A stretch of 64,000 nt of DNA from Saprospiraceae bacterium (GTDB taxonomy: Bacteria > Bacteroidota > Bacteroidia > Chitinophagales > Saprospiraceae): the NCBI GenBank assembly GCA_016717265.1, contig JADKFX010000001.1, positions 1,590,387 through 1,654,386 on the forward strand. Direction: 5' to 3'. A model generated the notes under the pieces. The model worked only from the letters and a program-made list of their open reading frames with translations, was not told the origin of the DNA and searched no databases. Below are positions 38,864 to 48,340 of this stretch, one piece after another (position 1 is the first letter of the stretch; every line of letters begins with the position of its first letter). The translations under genes and the position numbers were made by a program.

Positions 38864-40162
38864 TTAGGTTTCACTAAAATCGTTATATGCTCCTTTTGTC
38901 CAGGTTCCCAGTACTTTACCTTTTAATTTATTTCCAATGAATGGACTATTTTTTGAAATGGATAAAATGCGATCTTTTTCATACAACCACTCCATCGTGG
39001 GGTTAAAATAACTTAGATCTACATTCGATCCAACTTGAATAGTTTGTGCTTGCAAATTTAGAATTTTGCGAGGGTTAATGGCAACTTGTTCAATCCATTT
39101 TTCTACACTTAGATCCTCTGCAAGATAAGTACAAAAGGCAGCAAATGCAGTTTCTAAACTAATGGATCCAAACGCTGAAGTTTGAAATTCCAAATCTTTT
39201 TTTTCTGCATCCCAAGGAGTATGATCGCTGCATATGATGTCAATTGTCCCATCTTTAACTGCTTGAATAAGAGCTTTTCGATCAGTTTTAGAACGAATTG
39301 GAGGGTCTAATTTTAAATGAACATTGAAGTTTTCAAGCTGATCATCTTCAAATATTAAATTAAAAATTGAAACCGAACTAAATAGATTGGCAAGCTTAGA
39401 TTTCTCCGTTTTAATTATTAAAACAGATTCAACGGATGAAACTTTATGTATTAACATACGGGATTGTGTATATTTCAATATTGCAAGATCCCTTTGAATA
39501 TTTATAGTTTCAGCCAAGGTTGGAATTCCTTTCAATCCTAAAGATGTACTTGTTTTACCTTCGTGCATCTGGCCTGCACCAGCAATTCCTTTGTCCACAC
39601 AAGTATTAATAAGTAAAGTTGATGGAATCAACTTTAAATACTCCAGTGCACGCATTAAAAGTCCACTTTTTTGTATCGGTATCCGACCATCAGAAAATGC
39701 AATTGCACCCGCTTCAAACATTTGAAGAATTTCTGCCATTTCTTCACTTGCGCAATCCTTACTAATAGCACCGATCGGTAAAATAGTTACGGGAAGATTT
39801 TGAGATCTATTTTTGATAAAGGTCACTTCTGATTTTGAGTGAATGGTTGGTTTTGTATTGGGAAAACAACAAATCGTAGTATAGCCACCAGCAGCTGCAG
39901 AACTTGCAAGGGACTGTAATGTTTCTCTGTGCTCATAGCCAGGTTCTCCATTTGTACACCCAATATCTACCCAGCCTGGTGACAAACAGCTTTTATCAAA
40001 TGCAAATTCTTTAATTTTCTTAGTGCTGTTTATTTTTGATTTAATTTCTTGAATTTCTCCATTTTTTACCCAAACATCCCTCTTTTGCAAATGGTGTTTG
40101 CTATTAGGATCAATGATTTCTACATTTCTAAAAATACATTCCATAATTAGTCTGTCTTCCAA
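38864..40162 (-). CDS. Dihydroorotase-like amidohydrolase, probably non-catalytic (HxH metal motif absent)
   Basis: The overall DHOase layout is present ('AAAGGYTTICCFPNTKP', 'AFSDG', 'ICSDHTPW'). However, the position of 'DxHVHxREPG' reads 'VDIGCTNGEPG', and the 'H.ED' position reads 'TCVD'. Confidence 0.75.
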   Translation of the reverse strand: MEDRLIMECIFRNVEIIDPNSKHHLQKRDVWVKNGEIQEIKSKINSTKKIKEFAFDKSCLSPGWVDIGCTNGEPGYEHRETLQSLASSAAAGGYTTICCFPNTKPTIHSKSEVTFIKNRSQNLPVTILPIGAISKDCASEEMAEILQMFEAGAIAFSDGRIPIQKSGLLMRALEYLKLIPSTLLINTCVDKGIAGAGQMHEGKTSTSLGLKGIPTLAETINIQRDLAILKYTQSRMLIHKVSSVESVLIIKTEKSKLANLFSSVSIFNLIFEDDQLENFNVHLKLDPPIRSKTDRKALIQAVKDGTIDIICSDHTPWDAEKKDLEFQTSAFGSISLETAFAAFCTYLAEDLSVEKWIEQVAINPRKILNLQAQTIQVGSNVDLSYFNPTMEWLYEKDRILSISKNSPFIGNKLKGKVLGTWTKGAYNDFSET

Positions 40163-42177
40163 AGTCTGATAAGTAATGTTTCAAGAATTAAAAACACAAA
40201 TGCTACTATAAGCATCCACCACCATAAAGTCGGTCCTGCTTGTTCTGATTGAATAGCACTTGTAAAATCTTCATTCGCAGTATCTTCTAACACATTTGTA
40301 AAATTGCCATATTGTTCTTTCAGGATTTTAGGATTCCATACTTTTAAGTTCGATTCTTTTCGGCTATCATTAAATGCAATCGAACCAAGAATGTTATTTT
40401 GATTTTTTACATCATAAATTCCTGCTTTCTTAATTTGATCATACACTTCAATCAATAATTGATTATTTGCTAATTTAATAGAAGGAATCAGTTCATCAGG
40501 ACCACTTAATATAATATACAAATCCTGTTTGACTAAGGATTCTGTAATTTGCCATAAAATAACCGGGTTACTTGTTAAATCATACGACAATTGACGACTC
40601 AAATCTGAAGAAAAGGCTGTTTTAAATAATAGGGGTAGAAAAATTTCAGCATTTTTTGATAATTCATTGTACTTAATATCCAGCGGACTGGCAGATATAA
40701 AAACGGATCCTTTCCCAATTTTATATCTGTTTATCATAGCGGATCCATCCCGATATTCAATAATCTTTTCAGAAGGTAATCCTCCATAAAATTCATATTG
40801 TCCCATAGTACTTGGCAATTTTATGCTGGCTTTTGAATTTATATAAACATCATTAAAAATATCAGATTCAAAGTTTGCTTTTGTGGCTTCTTTTTTTGTT
40901 AAGTTAAAATCTCTTAATTCTGGCAAGCTTAATTTTACCGATAAGGGTCTGTAATTTGAAGCTCCAAGATCAGCAGCTGGAAAAATTAAAACATTCACAC
41001 CTTCTGATACAGCTTTCATTAATTCATTTGACATTCCACTGCTAATTTCCGTTAAATCAGAAAGTAAGATTAAATTATTATTTTTAAATTTACTATAATC
41101 TAATTTATTTTGTTGTTGTGTTTTTAATTGAAAATAAGGTATTGAGCTTATCATTTTAAGCACTTGTGCAGGAGGCTCCCGTTCATATAATAACAAGACA
41201 TTGATTTCCTCATCAGATTTGCAACTCATATAGTATGAGTCATCAAATTGAATTGGATAATCTTTTATTTTGACAATTAGTTTTTGCCAACCAAAAGATT
41301 GTATATTTATTTTTAATGAATCTATTACTGATTTACCGGATTTAATATTTAAGGAACTACCTGGATAATCCTGACCATTTAAAGTAAAACTGGATCGGAT
41401 ATCTTGAGCATCCGTTGATCCATAATTACTTACTTGATAAATCAAAGTATTTGTTTGACCTGGCAACAATACGGGGGATTCAAAATAAGCAGTATCCAGA
41501 CTTAAATTGTTTTCCTGAATGGTTTGGATTGGAAGAAGATATAATTGATAAAGACTGTCTGCTTTCAAGCTGTCTAAATCGCAAATAGAAGCTTGAAAAT
41601 CTGAAAGCATATATAAATCTCCGTGGTCTAATTTTGCATTTTGTAGACATTGCTTTTGTTTAAACAAGATTTTAGATAAGGTTTGGACGGAAGGTCCGCT
41701 CTGTATTTCCTCTAAAAGACTTATGGCATCTTCTTTTGAAACAAGTCGTTGATGTTTTCCATCTAAGTCATTTGTCAATATTTGAAATCTGTCGTTATCA
41801 GAATAAGCAGTGATTATTTCCTTAGCTCTTCGTTTTGCTTTTTGAACCAAACTACCATCTTCGGCATTTGCATTCATCGACCAGCTATTATCAATATATA
41901 TACTTACTGCCTGGGATTGTTTCTTTTTTTGTGAATCATTTGTGAAAAAGGGTTGCGCAAATGCGAAAATTAATCCAATAATAGCGGCAAGTCGACAAAG
42001 TAGAATTAAAATATTTTTAATTTTATTTTTTGTTGCTGTTTCTTCAACCAATTCTTTTAAAAAATGAACATTTGTGAAGTATACTTTTTTGTATCGACGA
42101 AAATAAAAAAGATGAATAAGAACTGGAATCGAAAGTAGAATCAGAGTCCAAAGAAAAGTAGGAAAAAGGAATTGCAT
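40147..42177 (-). CDS. BatA-like protein (aerotolerance-regulator N-terminal double-TM domain) with large extracytoplasmic region and C-terminal TM
   Basis: The N-terminus is 'MQFLFPTFLWTLILLSIPVLIHLFYFRR'. A vWA-like 'VSIYIDNSWSM' and a C-terminal TM 'LWWWMLIVAFVFLILETLLI' are also present. It overlaps the DHOase-like gene by 16 nt. Confidence 0.65.
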   Translation of the reverse strand: MQFLFPTFLWTLILLSIPVLIHLFYFRRYKKVYFTNVHFLKELVEETATKNKIKNILILLCRLAAIIGLIFAFAQPFFTNDSQKKKQSQAVSIYIDNSWSMNANAEDGSLVQKAKRRAKEIITAYSDNDRFQILTNDLDGKHQRLVSKEDAISLLEEIQSGPSVQTLSKILFKQKQCLQNAKLDHGDLYMLSDFQASICDLDSLKADSLYQLYLLPIQTIQENNLSLDTAYFESPVLLPGQTNTLIYQVSNYGSTDAQDIRSSFTLNGQDYPGSSLNIKSGKSVIDSLKINIQSFGWQKLIVKIKDYPIQFDDSYYMSCKSDEEINVLLLYEREPPAQVLKMISSIPYFQLKTQQQNKLDYSKFKNNNLILLSDLTEISSGMSNELMKAVSEGVNVLIFPAADLGASNYRPLSVKLSLPELRDFNLTKKEATKANFESDIFNDVYINSKASIKLPSTMGQYEFYGGLPSEKIIEYRDGSAMINRYKIGKGSVFISASPLDIKYNELSKNAEIFLPLLFKTAFSSDLSRQLSYDLTSNPVILWQITESLVKQDLYIILSGPDELIPSIKLANNQLLIEVYDQIKKAGIYDVKNQNNILGSIAFNDSRKESNLKVWNPKILKEQYGNFTNVLEDTANEDFTSAIQSEQAGPTLWWWMLIVAFVFLILETLLIRLWKTD

Positions 42178-42249
42178 ATTTCTTAGGTGGTACTGGTAGC
42201 AAAGTTAAGGAATATTAGGCAATAATTTAAGTTTCTCAACAAATTATCC

Positions 42250-43767
42250 TTATTTAACATAAAGTCGTTCTATGTAATTACCAGATTCATTAAAAGCTAA
42301 GATGGTGTAATACCCTGTACGGAATTTACTAAAATCAATTTCATACGAACTATCACCTGAAATTCTAGGAGTTTTATGAGCCAAAATGTTTCCTTGTAAA
42401 TCAAACACCCGGACTGTAAATTCTAAAAATTGTTCATTCCAAATAGTGTACATTTTTTGATCTTTTGTATATAAGCTAATCCATTTCGTTTTAATGCCTT
42501 TTGTTCCTGGGCCTAATCGTAATTTTTTCAAGGAGGGTAAAAGGCGATTCGTAAATTCCATAGCACCGATGTCTACATGTAAATCCAGCTTGCGAATATT
42601 TCCTTCAAAATCTGTATCCGACAACAAACTGTCTAAACCCTTATTTATTGCAGGACTACTCCCTTTTAATTTAAAATTAAATAAGCCTTCTTTGATTCGT
42701 ATGTTCTCAAAATCAGGATTCGCATGGATGTTATTTATGCCTGGAATAAAGCTTGTAGTGTTATAATATAAATTGTTTTTTGCATTGATATTACTAGTTC
42801 CAAAAGCCTGACTGCCAGGTTTCAAATCAGAGCTATAGAAGATATTATTAAACAGATCAATGAATTTACTGCCAATCAATACTACTTCAGCATTTTGACA
42901 GATTTTATTTTCACTATTCTTATAAAATGTATTATTCACAAGTTGTAATCCATGCACATTATTTGCAATGAATCCGCCTCCATGATTAGTATAGAGAATA
43001 TTATTATGAATTAGAGTTTTGGCAGATTCCCGAAACACTTGATTTGTCTCCAGATTCATATAAATAGCTGGTATGCAGCTTGATTTTAGAATTGTATCAG
43101 ACATACCATTTTTTTCAAAAGTATTCCCTTGGATAAAATTATGATAATTGGTATTGCTTTCCGTGTAGATTCCATTTAGGAGGGCCAAAGTGCCTTTGGA
43201 TTCAGGATTTCTGGTGTTATTATAAAATTTATTGAAGCTAATGGTGAGCTTGTCAAAATAGTTTGCAAGAATTGCTTCTGCACTTACATTTTGAATAAAG
43301 TTATTGTAAATTTTTACTGAGTTTAATGGGGCATTATAAGAACCTTCAAGAAAAATGCCAATTGTTTGAAATTTTGATACCGGATAATTTGATCCAATTT
43401 TCATTTCAGCATTAATTTCAAGGCCTTCAATGCTAATATACTGAACAGATTTTAAGTGAATACCATATTTATTGCGAATATGAAGTACCGGTTTGTGATT
43501 TCTATAATTTTTAAAGACGATCCAGGAATTTTCAAGTCCACTTTTAGTTATTTCTAATACAGCTTCATCATCAGAATAATAATCACCTTTTAAAATATAA
43601 ACAGTATCTCCTGGTAAAACGGAGGTGGCCGCTTTAAGCAAAGTTTTAAAAGGTGTAAACCAGTGATTGCCTTTATTTAAATCACTGCCAGATGGGGACA
43701 CATAATATCCTTTAGCTGATAATTTTAAAAAAGCAAATAGACAAATTACCAGTAGTAAAAAGCGCAT
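42250..43767 (-). CDS. Right-handed parallel beta-helix protein with T9SS type-A C-terminal sorting domain
   Basis: It has a signal peptide and a DUF1565-like 'YYVSPSGSDLNKGNHWFTPFKTL'. Repeated 'N.F..N' beta-helix rungs follow. The C-terminal tail is 'VRVFDLQGNIL.......FRTGYYTILAFNESGNYIERLYVK'. Confidence 0.75.
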   Translation of the reverse strand: MRFLLLVICLFAFLKLSAKGYYVSPSGSDLNKGNHWFTPFKTLLKAATSVLPGDTVYILKGDYYSDDEAVLEITKSGLENSWIVFKNYRNHKPVLHIRNKYGIHLKSVQYISIEGLEINAEMKIGSNYPVSKFQTIGIFLEGSYNAPLNSVKIYNNFIQNVSAEAILANYFDKLTISFNKFYNNTRNPESKGTLALLNGIYTESNTNYHNFIQGNTFEKNGMSDTILKSSCIPAIYMNLETNQVFRESAKTLIHNNILYTNHGGGFIANNVHGLQLVNNTFYKNSENKICQNAEVVLIGSKFIDLFNNIFYSSDLKPGSQAFGTSNINAKNNLYYNTTSFIPGINNIHANPDFENIRIKEGLFNFKLKGSSPAINKGLDSLLSDTDFEGNIRKLDLHVDIGAMEFTNRLLPSLKKLRLGPGTKGIKTKWISLYTKDQKMYTIWNEQFLEFTVRVFDLQGNILAHKTPRISGDSSYEIDFSKFRTGYYTILAFNESGNYIERLYVK

Positions 43768-43925
43768 AATTTATAATGTTAAACGTAAAATTACCTTTTA
43801 GAAGCTTAAACAAGCAAGAACGCTGCCTGGTTTAACAAAATAACTCCGTAAAAAGCATTTCTTTTAATTAAGAATTCGAAATTTTGCTTACTTTAAATTT
43901 TAAATAGGGTTTGGTTAGAAGGGCA

Positions 43926-46900
43926 TTATATTGCAATATTTAGTTCAAAACAACATGAAATCAATTTATTATATATTATTGAATTATTTAATATATTAGG
44001 ATTTCCAATGATAATAATTTGTTCTTTGGCACGTGTCAATGCAACGTTTAATTTCCGATCAATACCATCTTTATTTAGGGAGCTAATTTGGAGCACTTGA
44101 GATTCATCAGAGATTACGGTGGATAGGATTATAATATCTCTTGCACCACCTTGGTATCGCTCCGCAGTATCAATCGTTAAGAAATTTGAGTCAAAGCCTT
44201 CTTGAAGGATCTGATTTTTAATTTGTGAAATTTGTGCTCTGAAAGGAGTAATTACACCGAGTCTTTGAGCGTTCCATTCAATTTGATTGTTATTATAAAG
44301 TTTAAAAATCTGTTGAACAATAAACGATACCATTCGAGCTTCCTGTAGATTTATTTTGCTTTGAAAAACTGGATTTGGATCGATGACTGGAATAAAAATC
44401 ACTCTATTACTAGCTAATAAGGGTTGTTTGATTCCAATTAAATTTGGAAAGTATTGTGCATATGAAATAGATTGTCTGTTTTCAATTTCGGAGGGTAGAA
44501 TTTTAAGTTTGTTTTCATAAAAACTTTGAGCTGGAAAATTCATAAGATCCTGATGCATTCGTCCCTGATATTCGAGCATTTCAAATGCATGATTCCATTT
44601 TTTGTCTATACAATTTTGTAACATTCGTTCAAAATAGGAAGTACTTAAATGCTGAAACCCATTTTGTTTAAGTTGTTCTGATTTAATTTGTGACTCTTCT
44701 TCTGTTTGCGCTGTAACTGCTGGGAGTTGCATGTGATCTCCAATTAATATAAATCTTTTAAATTTAGTAAGTAAACCAGTAAGTTGCGATTCAAGAATCT
44801 GACTTGCTTCATCTATGATTACGGTATCAAATTGTTTTAATAGGAGTAATTCTTTTTTGCCTTGGATGGAAGCAAGTGTTGCCGTAAATATTCGTATTTC
44901 TTTAAAAGTCTGATGCACTTGCTTGCGCGTTTTAAGATGGCTAATTTTTTCTTCTAATAAATTTTTTCTAAACTGCGGTTGCACTGCAAATCTAGAGCCG
45001 ATACGGATATATTCTATATTACAAGCTGTTTGAATGGATTCAAGTGCTTCACAAATTTCATCTACTGCACGATTTGTATATGCTAGTAGTAAAATATTTT
45101 CATTCGATTCACAAATTAGCAATTCAACTAAGTGTTTAATTACCAAGCTAGTTTTTCCAGAACCAGGAGGTCCCCATAAAAGAAAATAATCTTTAGATGC
45201 TACTATTTTTTTTAAAACATCTTGAATGATTTCCGGAATTTTATGGTTACCTATAGAAAGACTATGATTCAAATCATGAGGTTTCTTGATACCCAGGATT
45301 AAATCTCTTTTATCAGAATCTGCCATTGCAAAATCAATCATCCCCTGGTATTGATTTACAAAAGAACGGTCCATGGAGTCCTGTTCAAGGTTCCATGTTT
45401 TTAATGTTGCATCTTCTATTTTTGGAAACTGCCTGCATCTTAAGCGGACATAAAATGTATTTGGTTCCAGATCTATCAAGGTGCATTTATAAATTTGAGT
45501 TTGAAGTGCACTAGGATATTCATAAAGCACGAGTGTATCGCCAATTCGAAATTTTGAAATCAACTCCATGTCGCTGCTATTTTTAAGTACTAAAATTGGG
45601 TAGTCATCCTTTGATGACAAAATTTGATGCAATACCAATTTTGGCAAGAGCATAAACAATTTTAACTTTTCCTGTTCATTGAGAAGCCAAAGGGACGCTA
45701 ATCCTTCTGTAAATTGAAGGTTCGATCGGCCCATTTTTGAAATAAATTGTTCCCGGGCAATAAACCCTGTAAATTCTTTAAAATAATCTTTTTCTAATGG
45801 ATTTAAGCTACTATAAACCTTTAATAATATACCCGCATCCCGTTTTGTATAGGACTCTGTGGATTGAAAATGTTTTTCATTTAGAATATCAAATAGGGAA
45901 GGGTCAGATTCATTTCTAAATGCTAAATGTAAATGCAATATGATAATTGCATTTCGTAAATATATTAATTCTTGTTTTATATCATCCAGTATCGGTGCGT
46001 ATCTTAGTGCATTTTCTAGTTGTGCCGAATACAGCACGTGGCTTTTAACATCATAATTTCTACCAAATACGGATTGAATCAGTAAATAATATAACATAAT
46101 TTGAGCATGATGGTCAGCATTGATGCCAAATTTATTAGGTAGGTATGGTTTTCCGCTTTTCAATTCAATGATCCATTTTTTGGAATTTATTTTGTCTTCA
46201 TGAAACACATCCAATCTGCCCTGGATTCCATATTCAACGGAATAAAAACTCGGTTCCAGAATGCAATCTTCAAGTTGAAGGTTAGGATGCTCAAATTTAT
46301 TTTCTATTAATGTTTTAATGTTTGAAAAATGGATCTTTATGGTTTCAAAGTATTTTATAATTGTTGAATCATCCAAAAGGGAAAAAGCAATGGGATTGTG
46401 CTGAAATAAATTTTGGCTTAGATCTTCAAATTGAAGGGAAGGGTTTAAAATAAGTTCATCTAAAAATTGGTTTACGGTAGTTCCCAATAAGGTTGAATAT
46501 CCCGAAGGACTGTAATAAAATAAATGAATTAAATGTTTTAAGGGATTTGATCCTGTTGTGTTAAAGCAGGAAGCAATAGCGGTCACATCAATTAAATAAT
46601 CCGGCAGGATAATGAATTCTTTGGCTGTCCAATTTGGATTTGATTTTGATAGCTTGTGGACAAATACATCATATGGAAATTTCAAATATTTAGATGCCTG
46701 CGTAAAGAGCTTAACTATTTTTTCAGTTGCAGTATCTAGTGAAAGTATTTGTATGTCAGCGATTTTATTTTCAAAAACAAATTCTAAGTTTTTTCCAATT
46801 TCATCAAATTTTAAAATGCTAATCCGACTGGATTCAATAAACGTTGCTTGGCTATCCTCCAACAATAAAAACTGATCATCAAATTGAAGGGTTGTAAATT

Positions 46901-47231
46901 CTTGCGGAATTTCTGTTTTCGTTTGGATAGCAATACATTGTATCCAACAGGCCAATATAGATTGAAAATAGGTATTATCAATAGATTTTTGATCGAATCC
47001 CTGGATCCTTAATGATGAAATTTGGCGAAATAATATTTTATCAATTTTGCCTATGGAAAATAAATATTGCAGCCTGCTTTGCGTGGAATTAAAAATTTGA
47101 TTACTGTCAAGAGCAATAAGCTGTATTTCATTTTCGAGTGCATCTAATGCAATTGGTATTGACTTTTCAAAATTAAATTCGCTATGTAATAATAGGCGAA
47201 TAGCCTGATATGGATTTAGAAGTGTTCCCAT
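43926..47231 (-). CDS. PD-(D/E)xK nuclease plus Upf1/Dna2-like SF1 helicase fusion (AAA domain protein)
   Basis: The nuclease motifs are 'GRLDVFHE...WIIELKSGK' and 'HHAQIMLYYLL' (D...ExK...QxxxY). The helicase motifs are I 'LLWGPPGSGKTS', Ia 'LLLAYTNRAVDEI', II 'VIIDEASQ', III 'ILIGDHMQLPAV', V 'GVITPFRAQ' and VI 'YQGGARDIIILS...LNVALTRAK'. Confidence 0.8.
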   Translation of the reverse strand: MGTLLNPYQAIRLLLHSEFNFEKSIPIALDALENEIQLIALDSNQIFNSTQSRLQYLFSIGKIDKILFRQISSLRIQGFDQKSIDNTYFQSILACWIQCIAIQTKTEIPQEFTTLQFDDQFLLLEDSQATFIESSRISILKFDEIGKNLEFVFENKIADIQILSLDTATEKIVKLFTQASKYLKFPYDVFVHKLSKSNPNWTAKEFIILPDYLIDVTAIASCFNTTGSNPLKHLIHLFYYSPSGYSTLLGTTVNQFLDELILNPSLQFEDLSQNLFQHNPIAFSLLDDSTIIKYFETIKIHFSNIKTLIENKFEHPNLQLEDCILEPSFYSVEYGIQGRLDVFHEDKINSKKWIIELKSGKPYLPNKFGINADHHAQIMLYYLLIQSVFGRNYDVKSHVLYSAQLENALRYAPILDDIKQELIYLRNAIIILHLHLAFRNESDPSLFDILNEKHFQSTESYTKRDAGILLKVYSSLNPLEKDYFKEFTGFIAREQFISKMGRSNLQFTEGLASLWLLNEQEKLKLFMLLPKLVLHQILSSKDDYPILVLKNSSDMELISKFRIGDTLVLYEYPSALQTQIYKCTLIDLEPNTFYVRLRCRQFPKIEDATLKTWNLEQDSMDRSFVNQYQGMIDFAMADSDKRDLILGIKKPHDLNHSLSIGNHKIPEIIQDVLKKIVASKDYFLLWGPPGSGKTSLVIKHLVELLICESNENILLLAYTNRAVDEICEALESIQTACNIEYIRIGSRFAVQPQFRKNLLEEKISHLKTRKQVHQTFKEIRIFTATLASIQGKKELLLLKQFDTVIIDEASQILESQLTGLLTKFKRFILIGDHMQLPAVTAQTEEESQIKSEQLKQNGFQHLSTSYFERMLQNCIDKKWNHAFEMLEYQGRMHQDLMNFPAQSFYENKLKILPSEIENRQSISYAQYFPNLIGIKQPLLASNRVIFIPVIDPNPVFQSKINLQEARMVSFIVQQIFKLYNNNQIEWNAQRLGVITPFRAQISQIKNQILQEGFDSNFLTIDTAERYQGGARDIIILSTVISDESQVLQISSLNKDGIDRKLNVALTRAKEQIIIIGNPNILNNSIIYNKLISCCFELNIAI

Positions 47232-47617
47232 TTTAAGGAAAAATAGTGATGTTCGATGTCAAATATACAAAAAGTTCACCTGGATTTATGAATCTAAAAA
47301 TAGTGGATTTTAAGAAAGCATTTTAAGTTTTAACTTCACAAGTTTATTTTTAAATCGTTCTTTAATAATATGAGCCCTAAGCTTCCTAAATGAATAGTAT
47401 ATATATTACAATTTTTATTAATATATTTGCAAAACCAAAAACAATTCAAGATATTGACGAATTAATTACTGTTTTATTTAATTATACATAGTTTATATTT
47501 TAAGAAATTGTTAATTATATGCCTTAAAGGAAACATTATTCTGTTTGATACGTTAATCAATATATGAAATCCAGTCTAAAACCAATCCGTATGATTAATC
47601 ACCGACAGGAGTTAGTG

Positions 47618-48262
47618 ATGAAGTTTGGATTTATTCAAATACTTCTTGCCCTCCTTGCACTCCTTTTTATGCAATGCCGAAATACGGAGAAGTCTGTTAA
47701 TCCAAATCAACAAGAAGCCGCTATAAATACAGAAAGTGGCACTTCAGATTCAGCCAGCCAAAAAACATTTTTGGTGGATACAGATTATGTGCATATTGCA
47801 TCTCATCATAGCGAAGACATCAAAAGTAAGCTGCGCGAACTTGAAAAACAAGAGTTCAGTAAGGGTTCCATTGCAGACCAAGTAAGGGACTTCTTAAAAC
47901 GAGGTGAGAATGATTTTGGAGAAGAATTCAAATTTATAGAACTCCGATTTGTTAAGCGTACAGCTGTAATTGATCCGAAATTTGGCAAGGAGGTTAAAGA
48001 TTTAGCAGTTGTTATGAACGAATTTTTAAATCTTAAAATTAAACTCATGTCATATACTGATAATATAGGTGATGAAAAATTAAATGAAAAGTTATCACAA
48101 GACAGGGCGGAATCAATTTTAAAAGGCTTGTTGGATGCTGGGATTTCAAAAGAGCGTGTAATTATCAAATCATATGGTGAAAAATACCCAGTTGCGAATA
48201 ATAAAACATTTGATGGTCAGCTTCTCAATAATAGAATAGAAATGATGATCCTACATAAATAA
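47618..48262 (+). CDS. OmpA-family lipoprotein (peptidoglycan-associated C-terminal domain)
   Basis: A lipoprotein signal 'ILLALLALLFMQC' follows the ATG at 47618. The OmpA_C-like region is 'LMSYTDNIGDEKLNEKLSQDRAESI...GEKYPVANNKT.DGQLLNNRIEMMI'. Confidence 0.8.
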   Translation: MKFGFIQILLALLALLFMQCRNTEKSVNPNQQEAAINTESGTSDSASQKTFLVDTDYVHIASHHSEDIKSKLRELEKQEFSKGSIADQVRDFLKRGENDFGEEFKFIELRFVKRTAVIDPKFGKEVKDLAVVMNEFLNLKIKLMSYTDNIGDEKLNEKLSQDRAESILKGLLDAGISKERVIIKSYGEKYPVANNKTFDGQLLNNRIEMMILHK

Positions 48263-48302
48263 AATTTCTTTTATACACATATAAGAATTTTACCTACTAC
48301 TT

Positions 48303-48340
48303 AAAACCAATGACTAAATGTAATCATTGGTTTTTTTTTT
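48303..48340 (+). terminator. Rho-independent terminator after the OmpA-family gene (convergent with the permease)
   Basis: A perfect 11-bp stem (aaaaccaatga at 48303-48313, tcattggtttt at 48324-48334) has a 10-nt loop. The 3' arm runs into a run of ten T (48331-48340). Confidence 0.75.

Noticed and set aside
47806-48168. A 120-aa minus-strand ORF inside the OmpA-family gene, plus similar internal ORFs (45326-45514, 46612-46875, 49222-49428, 51089-51322, 54092-54355, 55851-56063, 61100-61330, 61568-61780)
   Set aside because: All are embedded in, and mostly antisense to, genes with strong family motifs. None has a recognisable domain.
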